Source: a virus
IMG/VR virus record: IMGVR_UViG_3300002460_000068
Reading direction: 5' to 3' (one strand)
Length of the DNA: 42,107 nt
The translations under genes and the position numbers were made by a program. Position 1 is the first letter of the stretch, and the number at the start of each line of letters is the position of its first letter. The notes under the pieces were generated by a model, which saw only the letters and a list, made by a program, of their open reading frames with translations, was not told where the DNA came from and made no database searches. Positions 26,910 to 33,623 of this stretch are shown here, piece after piece.

Positions 26910-27386
26910 TTAACTTGACACCGTCGAGGACTTAACTATATCATCGTTATTGTCAACTTGCTTGTCATCCGTAACATCCATAACCTCTTTATTCTCACTA
27001 TTTTTTATCAAAAATCTAGATTTCCCTCCAAAAAACCCTCCTGCACATCTGGCCGCTAGCTCTGCAGATATTGGACGGATAGACGCAACATTGTTACATT
27101 TTACTCCAATATAATATCTACGGCGTCCGTAGTGGGCGTTGTCAGGGAGGTATCCGATCTGTTTAATCTCAAAAAATTTAGCCATATATTTTGTAATTTT
27201 GGGCCAGGGCATAATATACCCCAGAGTTGTGTTAAGGTGATTTCTAAAAATAGTCCGGTCAACGAGTAATCCGGGGCCAACAGTGCAGTGATCGCGAATA
27301 AAATTCTCAACAATTTTTTCATCGGCGCCGGAAATTTTTTTATGAATATTTTTTTGAAAAAGTGGCATGTGAATAAGATAACACAT
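26910..27386 (-). CDS. Putative DNA-binding regulator (primase-C-terminal-like winged helix)
   Basis: 158 aa. VENFIRDHCTVGPGLLVDRTIFRNHLNTTLGY...ITKYMAKFF........RRRYYIGVK resembles the C-terminal wHTH of P4/D5-type primases. It is divergent from the early promoter, a repressor-like position. Confidence 0.3.
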   Translation of the reverse strand: MCYLIHMPLFQKNIHKKISGADEKIVENFIRDHCTVGPGLLVDRTIFRNHLNTTLGYIMPWPKITKYMAKFFEIKQIGYLPDNAHYGRRRYYIGVKCNNVASIRPISAELAARCAGGFFGGKSRFLIKNSENKEVMDVTDDKQVDNNDDIVKSSTVSS

Positions 27387-27580
27387 TTTTTTTAAAAATC
27401 AACAATTTTAATTTTTTCAAAAAAAACTCAAAAAAAATCGCTCACAAATGCCGCTAGGAGGCGCGATCTCTAGGTGAGAGACACTAGTGTATGCCGTGTA
27501 CTGTGTGTCATATTAAGGTAGTTATTTTTTTAAAAAAAAATCCTCGTCGGTGAGGGGACAAAAAATAAACAAAATCACTA

Positions 27581-27608
27581 TTGACACGTGTACACTATGT
27601 GCTATTAT
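27581..27608 (+). promoter_or_regulatory. Early promoter P1 (TTGACA-16-TGC-TATTAT)
   Basis: TTGACA at 27581-27586 and an extended -10 TGCTATTAT at 27600-27608. The palindromes acacgtgt and gtgtacac overlap the spacer. It lies 65 nt upstream of the first early ORF. Confidence 0.7.
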
Positions 27609-27673
27609 AGTGGTAGATCAATAGGCAAGGGCAAGCGGGGCCGGGCGCGGATACGCAGGAGGGGGGCAACGAA

Positions 27674-27901
27674 ATGAAAAAATACGTAACATATTGGATA
27701 GACGCTCACGGTAATTATAAATTACCATCTGTTAGCGGTAAATCACGGTACATAATAAATTTTGCTCCAACAGCAGAGAGATTAATCGTGTTAGCAGATA
27801 ATTTTATCACGGCATTTAATTCAACATGGGGCAAAATTTACGGAATAATTGACAAAAATACTGTAGCTTATATATACCGGTCAGAGATAATGATTAAATA
27901 A
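27674..27901 (+). CDS. Early hypothetical protein
   Basis: 75 aa, preceded by AGGAGGGGGGCAACGAA. Confidence 0.55.
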   Translation: MKKYVTYWIDAHGNYKLPSVSGKSRYIINFAPTAERLIVLADNFITAFNSTWGKIYGIIDKNTVAYIYRSEIMIK

Positions 27902-27926
27902 ACCAACACCAAGGGAGGGCGACGAG

Positions 27927-28274
27927 ATGAAAATTTCTAAAAATAAAACAGAGTGGTACTCTAATACAACAAACTATGATTATCCATGGTGTGGAGGAAA
28001 AAGAATAATCATAAAATTATGGCATGACATTAATTTGGGGAAAAAATGTACAGTGCAAGAAGAAAAATGCTCCAATTATCAAGGTAAAATAGACGGGCGA
28101 AAAACATTAACCGACTACAGTACCACGGAGTTACACGCCGTATGCATAGCCTCAGCCTTAGGATTATTAAATATTAACGGGGATGCATATGAGGATCCGA
28201 CTGATTATTATCATACTATAAAAATACATAATAGCCCGTACAAATTTTTAGCTCACGGGCACGTCGTACGGTAA
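27927..28274 (+). CDS. Early hypothetical protein
   Basis: 115 aa, preceded by the conserved GGAGGGCGACGAG-ATGAAA motif. Confidence 0.55.
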   Translation: MKISKNKTEWYSNTTNYDYPWCGGKRIIIKLWHDINLGKKCTVQEEKCSNYQGKIDGRKTLTDYSTTELHAVCIASALGLLNINGDAYEDPTDYYHTIKIHNSPYKFLAHGHVVR

Positions 28275-28296
28275 CAGGGGCGTGGAGGGCGGCGAA

Positions 28297-28524
28297 ATGA
28301 AAAGAAAAATAATTTTAAATTATCCAAAATACACAGCTACTATACAGGACTATCAGTATACCAGCCGAGCTCCCGTATCCGTCCGTATCGCGGGATTGAC
28401 GGACGGGGAGTGCAAAAATATTTTAGGCGAACCATGTTTTTTTTATAAATCCGCGAATGCCATGTCGATGGCGGAGGGGATCACGACGGCAAAAAATATC
28501 ATAGCGGAATTGTCTATTAAATAA
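28297..28524 (+). CDS. Early hypothetical protein
   Basis: ATG at 28297 preceded by GGAGGGCGGCGAA. The track start at 28282 is a GTG inside the RBS. Confidence 0.55.
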   Translation: MKRKIILNYPKYTATIQDYQYTSRAPVSVRIAGLTDGECKNILGEPCFFYKSANAMSMAEGITTAKNIIAELSIK

Positions 28525-28548
28525 CCAACACCAAGGGAGGGCGACGAG

Positions 28549-28701
28549 ATGAAAGAGATAAAAAGGAAATTCTTAGATGGGATGTTAAAAGGATTGATAT
28601 ATACGGGACAAACTATGGTAAATTTTAAACTCAATGAAATATACACTGACTCTTTGACTGGCGATAAATATCAAATCATCGAAATTAAAGAGGTTAAATA
28701 A
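28549..28701 (+). CDS. Early hypothetical protein (50 aa)
   Basis: Not in the ORF track. Preceded by GGAGGGCGACGAG. MKEIKRKFLDGMLKGLIYTGQTMVNFKLNEIYTDSLTGDKYQIIEIKEVK. Confidence 0.5.
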   Translation: MKEIKRKFLDGMLKGLIYTGQTMVNFKLNEIYTDSLTGDKYQIIEIKEVK

Positions 28702-28721
28702 TTAAACAGGAGGGCGGCGAG

Positions 28722-28934
28722 ATGAAAACCAAAAAAAATAAAAAACATAAAGTTATTTATTACGGGGAAACGATTTTAGAGGCGGCAGAAAATTGCCTCG
28801 CAGACCAAGGATTTTTCGACGGAGAAAAAAGTTATAAAATTATTAGCGGAAAATTTTTAAGGGGAAAAATAAAATGCGGATTTACACCAAATCGGTGTGA
28901 GGAGTGGGAATTTGATATTATTTTAAAACGATAA
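28722..28934 (+). CDS. Early hypothetical protein
   Basis: 70 aa, preceded by GGAGGGCGGCGAG. Confidence 0.55.
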   Translation: MKTKKNKKHKVIYYGETILEAAENCLADQGFFDGEKSYKIISGKFLRGKIKCGFTPNRCEEWEFDIILKR

Positions 28935-28951
28935 AAATAAAAGACGCTATT

Positions 28952-29000
28952 CCCCGCCTCGGTTCGTCGCCCTCGACTGGAGAAATCCAGTGGGGCGGGG
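28952..29000 (+). other. GC-rich multi-hairpin element in an early intergenic region
   Basis: Closing stem ccccgcc (28952-58) pairs with ggcgggg (28994-29000). It encloses gtcg-ccct-cgac (28966-77) and ctgga-GAAA-tccag (28977-90). No U-run follows. Confidence 0.5.
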
Positions 29001-29017
29001 GTGCTAAAGGAGATAAG

Positions 29018-29194
29018 ATGGAAAACAAATTTTTAAAAGTTGGCTGGACGGTCGGATTACCAAATAAAAAAATGGCAATCATCGGCGAAGTGGACAAAAA
29101 AAATGGATTGTATCTTTGTGTTTTGAGAAATGGTGAGCGAATATCGAAAAAAATAGACGAGATAGAATTACTATCAACAGAAAGTTTGTTTTAA
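29018..29194 (+). CDS. Early hypothetical protein (58 aa)
   Basis: Not in the ORF track. RBS AAAGGAG. MENKFLKVGWTVGLPNKKMAIIGEVDKKNGLYLCVLRNGERISKKIDEIELLSTESLF. Confidence 0.5.
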   Translation: MENKFLKVGWTVGLPNKKMAIIGEVDKKNGLYLCVLRNGERISKKIDEIELLSTESLF

Positions 29195-29209
29195 AATAAG
29201 GAGAAAAAA

Positions 29210-29560
29210 ATGAAAAACAATACCGTTAAATATACGCCAGGCCCATGGATGTTGTGTCAAAAAACAGTCAGCTACATTGGTGAGGCATGTTATGTTGTCG
29301 ACAAAAATGGACAGGGGATCGCCGATACAATTAATTTGACCCCTAAAATCGATGTAGATATGGCATGTGCCAACGCCCGACTTATCGCCGCGGCGCCGGA
29401 TTTGTTGGAGGCGTGTAAAATAGCCGTTGATTGTATTGATAAGTCTCTTTTTATAAGCGGGATAAAAAATCCATTTTTAAGGGAGGCCAGGATGGTATTG
29501 GCTGTCGTCATCTCAAAAGCCGAAAAAAACCAAAATTATTATCTACTAAAAACAGAATAA
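29210..29560 (+). CDS. Conserved phage protein (PGPW ... ANARLIAAAPDLLEA motif family)
   Basis: 116 aa with YTPGPW near the N-terminus and ANARLIAAAPDLLEAC. This pairing recurs in many phage early proteins of unknown function. Confidence 0.6.
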   Translation: MKNNTVKYTPGPWMLCQKTVSYIGEACYVVDKNGQGIADTINLTPKIDVDMACANARLIAAAPDLLEACKIAVDCIDKSLFISGIKNPFLREARMVLAVVISKAEKNQNYYLLKTE

Positions 29561-29627
29561 TTTAAAATCGAAAGCGCGTTTTAAAATCATTATATTTTTA
29601 AATATATAATAAAATAGGGGGAGTAAA

Positions 29628-29792
29628 ATGAAAATAATTTTAGATTTAACGGAACCCGAGTTAAAACGCATTATCTTTTTTTTGGAAGATGGATTGGAAA
29701 CCTTTGAAACGGTTGACCAGGACGAAATGGATGATGTGGAATTACTGAACAAACTTTTAACGCAGTTGACGACGCATGGGCAAAAGGAATGA
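29628..29792 (+). CDS. Small acidic protein, paralog A (54 aa)
   Basis: Not in the ORF track. MKIILDLTEPELKRIIFFLEDGLETFETVDQDEMDD... About 90 percent nucleotide identity over about 110 bp with 30328..30450. Confidence 0.5.
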   Translation: MKIILDLTEPELKRIIFFLEDGLETFETVDQDEMDDVELLNKLLTQLTTHGQKE

Positions 29793-29823
29793 AAAATGAA
29801 AATAACGGAAAAAAGGAGAAAGA

Positions 29824-30324
29824 ATGAAAATAACAGAAAAATGGCTTAATAAAAAAAATGCATGCGCCGACGGAAAAAATTGGGTTCTTGAAAATTATCC
29901 TGACACCGACGGAACAGAGTTAGTAGAAAATCTTATACGCGCCCAAAAATTAGATTGGGCTAACTGGCTGATCGTCCGGATTATGGCCAGGCCGCAATAT
30001 CTCGCCTACGCAATTTTTGCAGCAGAACAAGTTATAGATTTTTTCGAAAATAAATACCCACACGATAGACGTCCTTGGTTAGCAATTGACGCGGCAAAAA
30101 AAAGTTTGGCAGATGATACGTCGAGAAATTCGGCCGCCGCAGGGGACGCAATGGCCGCAAGGGCCGCCGCAAGGGCCGCAGGGGGCGCCGCATGGGCCGT
30201 CGCAGAGACCGCAGGGGCCGCATGGGCCGTCGCAGGGACCGCAGGGGCCGCAGGGGACGTCATAAAAATTAAAATATTAAAATACGGGACAGGATTGTTA
30301 AAAAAAATTAGGGAGATAGAATAA
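29824..30324 (+). CDS. Ala/Trp-repeat protein (NAC..G..W N-terminal domain + AAWA/AARA repeats)
   Basis: 166 aa. The N-terminus is [20 protein letters not shown]...LDWANWLI. The C-terminus is the GC-rich repeat [42 protein letters not shown]. The architecture recalls a recurrent alpha-helical family of unknown or immunity-like function. Confidence 0.6.
   Translation: MKITEKWLNKKNACADGKNWVLENYPDTDGTELVENLIRAQKLDWANWLIVRIMARPQYLAYAIFAAEQVIDFFENKYPHDRRPWLAIDAAKKSLADDTSRNSAAAGDAMAARAAARAAGGAAWAVAETAGAAWAVAGTAGAAGDVIKIKILKYGTGLLKKIREIE
30188..30247 (+). repeat. Tandem repeat 2 x 30 bp (plus a partial third) inside the Ala-rich gene
   Basis: ccgcatgggccgtcgcaga/ggaccgcagggg at 30188-30217 and 30218-30247, 29/30 identical. 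A strongly GC-rich island in an AT-rich genome. Confidence 0.9.
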
Positions 30325-30327
30325 TTT

Positions 30328-30450
30328 ATGAAAATAATTTTAGACTTGATGGAAAAAGAGTTAAAACGAATTATATTTTTTTTAGAGGATGGATTGGAAA
30401 CCTTTGAAACGGTTGACCAAGACGAAATGGATGATATCGTTTATCCATAG
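30328..30450 (+). CDS. Small acidic protein, paralog B (40 aa, truncated relative to A)
   Basis: Not in the ORF track. MKIILDLMEKELKRIIFFLEDGLETFETVDQDEMDDIVYP. Confidence 0.4.
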   Translation: MKIILDLMEKELKRIIFFLEDGLETFETVDQDEMDDIVYP

Positions 30451-30592
30451 AATTTGATAACTTACAGCAAAAGCTAAATCGTCTTAAAGACAGCAATAGT
30501 TTTTTAAGAAATCAAATTTTACAAGCCAAAATTCAACATAAGAATTCTTTTGATTGTGATAAATTTTTAAAAAAGAGAATATCTAAAAGTTC

Positions 30593-30621
30593 TTGACACA
30601 AAAAAATAGGGATGGTATCAT
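30593..30621 (+). promoter_or_regulatory. Promoter P2 (TTGACA-17-TATCAT)
   Basis: TTGACA at 30593-30598, a 17-nt spacer, TATCAT at 30616-30621. It lies upstream of the replication module. Confidence 0.65.
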
Positions 30622-30685
30622 TTTGGCATGTTAAATAACGCGAGGCAAAAAGGACAAACCGATGATCAATTTATTTTTAATAAAT

Positions 30686-30717
30686 AGCCACGATTTCGAC
30701 CTTCGCGGCTTTTTTTA
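30686..30717 (+). terminator. Intrinsic terminator-like hairpin about 90 nt downstream of P2
   Basis: agccacga (30686-93) pairs with tcgcggct (30703-10) with one mismatch, followed by a T-run to 30716. A second hairpin (30720-27/30759-66) plus a U-rich tract follows, ahead of the ATG at 30786. Confidence 0.5.
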
Positions 30718-30785
30718 TTCCCTCTCGTTGCCTCGCGGCTAAAAAGGTTTGATCCTTTCGAGGGGGAATTTTATTTTTAAAAAAC

Positions 30786-31418
30786 ATGCCTCCTGGATTT
30801 ATAATTTTACAACGCAAAATTTTTGACTGGTATGGATACCAAAACCCTAAACGCTTACAATTATGGATAACACTGCTCCTGTTGGCTACGTTTAAAGATC
30901 ATCGCATAGTTTGGAACGGAAAACCTATTGATTTACACCGAGGAGAATTGATCACAGGCCGCAGAAAGCTCGTCGGGTATTGCAAAATGAGTGAAAGTTA
31001 TGTAGAAAAACTACTTTTAGAGTTCGAAATAGAGGGGCAAATAAGACAACAAAAAACAAACACAAGTCGTTTAATCACAATACTTAAATACAATGACTAT
31101 CAAAATAGTAACAACAATGAGGACAACGGAGAGGACAACGGAGAGGACAACAAAAAGACAACGGAGAGACACAACAGAACAATGTATAACAAAGAAAACA
31201 AGGAAAACAATATATCTATACCGCCAGCTTTAGAAGAAGTTTTGGCTTACAAACTCGAGATAAACGGGAATATAGAGCCAAGCCGCTTTATAGACTTTTA
31301 TGAGTCGAATGGCTGGATGGTAGGCAAAAACAAAATGAAATCGTGGAAAGCCGCATACCGCAGGGCATGTTCGGAATGGGATAAGGAGAAAAAATTTATA
31401 AAATTTGAGGGGATATGA
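30786..31418 (+). CDS. Replisome organizer / replication initiation protein (DnaD-like ends)
   Basis: 210 aa. N-terminal wHTH-like F.ILQRKIFDW....P..LQLWI.LL..A......W.G..I.L.RGELITG...L......SES.V...L..FE.EGQI.......SRLITILKYNDYQ. C-terminal FIDFYESNGWMVGKNKMKSWKAAYRRA, the typical DnaD/phage Rep tail. Internal iterons are present. Confidence 0.7.
   Translation: MPPGFIILQRKIFDWYGYQNPKRLQLWITLLLLATFKDHRIVWNGKPIDLHRGELITGRRKLVGYCKMSESYVEKLLLEFEIEGQIRQQKTNTSRLITILKYNDYQNSNNNEDNGEDNGEDNKKTTERHNRTMYNKENKENNISIPPALEEVLAYKLEINGNIEPSRFIDFYESNGWMVGKNKMKSWKAAYRRACSEWDKEKKFIKFEGI
31119..31170 (+). repeat. Iteron-like 12-bp tandem repeats (gaggacaacgga x about 3.5) inside the replisome-organizer gene
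   Basis: Copies lie at 31119, 31131, 31143 (partial) and about 31156. They encode NEDNGEDNGEDN and are followed by an A-rich tract with gaaaacaa x2 (31190-31210). Confidence 0.75.
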
Positions 31419-31433
31419 AAGGAATAAAGCGAT

Positions 31434-31607
31434 ATGGAAGGAAATAAATTTGGTGTATCTATTAGTTCTACCGGCATTCTTATTTTAATGCCCCCAACGA
31501 GAGAATTAACTAAAGCAGAGGCTTTGGAATTTTCCGCCTGGATTGTTGTGCTTACTGGTGGACGTGAAAAATTTTTACCAATTTTGGATGAAGTAGAGAG
31601 TTCATAA
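31434..31607 (+). CDS. Hypothetical small protein (57 aa)
   Basis: Not in the ORF track. MEGNKFGVSISSTGILILMPPTRELTKAEALEFSAWIVVLTGGREKFLPILDEVESS. Confidence 0.4.
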   Translation: MEGNKFGVSISSTGILILMPPTRELTKAEALEFSAWIVVLTGGREKFLPILDEVESS

Positions 31608-31611
31608 AGCG

Positions 31612-31644
31612 GTTCGCCCCTCGTTCAAGGGCGTGGATTGAAAC
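31612..31644 (+). CRISPR. Solitary type I-C-like CRISPR repeat (SRU-1)
   Basis: gttcgcccctcgttcaagggcgtggattgaaac. A GC-rich hairpin (CGCCC(C)U/AGGGCG) is followed by the GTGGATTGAAAC 3' handle. About 28/32 identical to the copy at 36434. It lies in the 47-nt intergenic space directly before the helicase gene, with no flanking second repeat. Confidence 0.75.
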
Positions 31645-31654
31645 TAAACGGAAT

Positions 31655-32731
31655 ATGAAAAACATTATAGATTTTTTTACCGAAGAACGTGCGGAACGGG
31701 AAGCAAATGACCCTAAAAAATTTTGCTGGTACGGGATCGCGGCCTTAGATGACGCGTTTTACGGTATTCGTAAAAACGATTTGATTGTTATTGGGGCGGA
31801 TTCGGGCAGTGGGAAAACTGAGATCGGTCTTATGATCGCCAGACATAATGCCATAGCGGGCCGAAAAGTGGCTTTATTTAATTTAGAAGGTGGTCATCGC
31901 GCCGCGATCCGCCGGTTAAAATGGCACGATATACGCAATGAATATTACGGTAACGGATGGACGGAAAACGGGTTTGTGGATATGGACTATCGAAAATGGT
32001 TAAACGGGGAACTTAAAGGGACAATTTTGGATAAGGTGGAAACAAAGGTTTTAGAGCAATGGCAGGAAAAATATAAGGACAATTTTTATGCCGCGGAAAT
32101 AAATAGAGGATTTGGAATAGAGCAGTTGCAAATAGAGTTAACGGATTTTCACAGTATGACGCCTACAATGCAAGGAGAAAAAATTATAAGAATGACTTCA
32201 TTCAACGTTGATTTAATTGTGATTGACCACCTGCAATATTTTGATTTACCCGACGGTGAAAAAGAAATAATCGGATTGACTAAAATTTTAAAATCAGTTA
32301 GAGACATTGTCCAATTTTATGACATTCCAGTTATTTTGATTTCACATCTGGTTAAAAAAATGAAAGACAGGGGATTGCCGGATCAAGCGGATTTTTATGG
32401 CACGAGTAATATTCCTAAAATGGCGACGGCGGCGATCACTATCTCGCCGGCGTTTGGACTAGCTAATTTATCGGCGGGGATTTATCCGACTTATTTTAGG
32501 ATTGTCAAAAGTCAAATTCCAAACGTAAAATCAAATTGCGGGATATTGATAAATTTTGATTCGTACACGGGAAATTACTCCAAGGATTATACGCTTCACT
32601 CTTTGGATAAATTCGGGATGCCCTCATCGGGGAATGCCATTGAAGAACAATTTTTACCGCACTGGGCGAAAAAAAAGCCGATAAAAATTGAACCCAAAGA
32701 AGTCCAAACCGAAATTGGGTGGCAAGAATGA
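31655..32731 (+). CDS. DnaB-C-terminal/RecA-like replicative helicase ATPase
   Basis: 358 aa. Walker A VIGADSGSGKTEIGL, Walker B DLIVIDHLQYF, and ISHL..K (arginine-finger region). It lacks the DnaB N-terminal domain. Confidence 0.7.
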   Translation: MKNIIDFFTEERAEREANDPKKFCWYGIAALDDAFYGIRKNDLIVIGADSGSGKTEIGLMIARHNAIAGRKVALFNLEGGHRAAIRRLKWHDIRNEYYGNGWTENGFVDMDYRKWLNGELKGTILDKVETKVLEQWQEKYKDNFYAAEINRGFGIEQLQIELTDFHSMTPTMQGEKIIRMTSFNVDLIVIDHLQYFDLPDGEKEIIGLTKILKSVRDIVQFYDIPVILISHLVKKMKDRGLPDQADFYGTSNIPKMATAAITISPAFGLANLSAGIYPTYFRIVKSQIPNVKSNCGILINFDSYTGNYSKDYTLHSLDKFGMPSSGNAIEEQFLPHWAKKKPIKIEPKEVQTEIGWQE

Positions 32732-32954
32732 ATGGGATAGAACATATAAAAAAAATATTCCAAGAGTTTTGTGTGAGATAGAGCGACGTAGTATAAATGC
32801 TGGTAGGATAAAACAGGGGACGCGGAGTTCAGTGAATAAAGAAAAACAAAAAGAGTTTAGCCGAATGTTGCGAGAGCAAGAAAATTTTGATAAAAAATAT
32901 CGATGGCGGGCTTATCCCGCATGGTCGGTTAAACCGAAAAAAAGGAAAAAATGA
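32688..32954 (+). CDS. Very basic hypothetical protein (uncertain)
   Basis: 88-aa ORF with only a TTG start and no RBS, overlapping the helicase 3' end by 44 nt. Confidence 0.25.
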   Translation: MNPKKSKPKLGGKNEWDRTYKKNIPRVLCEIERRSINAGRIKQGTRSSVNKEKQKEFSRMLREQENFDKKYRWRAYPAWSVKPKKRKK

Positions 32955-33421
32955 AAAATAAATTACGTGCTTTAATTGTAAAAAGTCGGCAAATGGGGAT
33001 TAATGAGAGAGCATTGTTTAACTGTCTTTTATTAGCTAAAAAAAAGGAAAGGAAGAGTGGGATGAAAAATAAATTACGTCCTTTAAGTTTTGACGCGGTA
33101 AAAAAGTTATTCGATAAAAACGGTTCTTTGCATTGTTGTGAAAAATCTGATGTTTTAGCAAAGCTGGTTTGTGATAATTTTGGCGTACCGCCTATCCCCG
33201 AGGTTCAAGAATTAAAAAACACGATTGAAAAAGTAAAATGGGAGCAATTTAGGAATCTTTTTTATTGTAAAAGTGTTAATTTACCAAAAATTTATGCTCA
33301 AAAAATCCATGATTTAATTTTGAATAAATTTAACTACGTTAGTACTGTCGGGGAATGGGAGCGGAAGATAAAGTCTCCCCCTGCTCAAGGGAATAAAAAA
33401 GTGAGCGAAAGAAAAAAATGA
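32951..33421 (+). CDS. Hypothetical protein with duplicated start module
   Basis: 156 aa. atgaaaaataaattacgtSctttaa occurs at 32951 and again in frame at 33062 (MKNKLRAL / MKNKLRPL). The functional start may be 33062. Confidence 0.45.
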   Translation: MKNKLRALIVKSRQMGINERALFNCLLLAKKKERKSGMKNKLRPLSFDAVKKLFDKNGSLHCCEKSDVLAKLVCDNFGVPPIPEVQELKNTIEKVKWEQFRNLFYCKSVNLPKIYAQKIHDLILNKFNYVSTVGEWERKIKSPPAQGNKKVSERKK

Positions 33422-33455
33422 CACGAAACAAGGAAACAGCTTACCGTACTCCCCT

Positions 33456-33623
33456 CTACAAAAGTAGACTAGTGCGGTGTCCCGATTGGGTTCTGATGAG
33501 TGTAAGGAGTACTGCCGGGTATATGGTTGGCGGTGAGATGAAAGTTTCTACGGTAAGGCATGCGGGAGCAATGCTCAGGCCTAGCGTTCCCATCCTGCTA
33601 TTGTTTCGATTTTTTATCCGCAT
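33456..33623 (-). ncRNA. Candidate minus-strand transcript from a consensus promoter (antisense RNA or leaderless 55-aa ORF)
   Basis: The A of an ATG at 33623 lies 7 nt after the -10 of the minus-strand promoter. The region is GC-rich with helices 33440-48/33549-57, 33455-59/33464-68 and 33564-69/33586-91. The 55-aa translation has no phage-like composition. Confidence 0.3.

Noticed and set aside
26100-26910. Long non-coding stretches with C-tracts (26808-26830), small direct repeats (gtcttttata x2 at about 26281) and small hairpins around the PC4-like gene, checked for tRNA, attP or integrase
   Set aside because: No cloverleaf, no integrase or recombinase gene in the genome, and no convincing conserved structure. 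They are probably promoter or leader regions for the minus-strand small genes.
26915-26942. Plus-strand TTGACA-16-TATATC inside the 3' end of the minus-strand regulator gene, a possible antisense promoter
   Set aside because: The -10 is weak (4/6) and there is no associated downstream structure or ORF. It is plausibly chance.
30006-30263. Antisense and alternative-frame ORFs in GC-rich or large genes (30006..30263, 30032..30223, 9220..9585, 3595..3846, 3935..4186, 4440..4718, 4757..5113, 39666..40106, 14399..14665 and similar)
   Set aside because: They lie entirely within stronger ORFs and have low-complexity or repeat-driven composition and no RBS. They are typical shadow ORFs.
33491-33545. 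CUGAUGAG followed about 40 nt later by GAAA, a hammerhead ribozyme core look-alike
   Set aside because: The nucleotides flanking the two motifs cannot form stem II (no pairing between GUGUA... and ...GAGAU). No stem I/III or cleavage-site arrangement fits.
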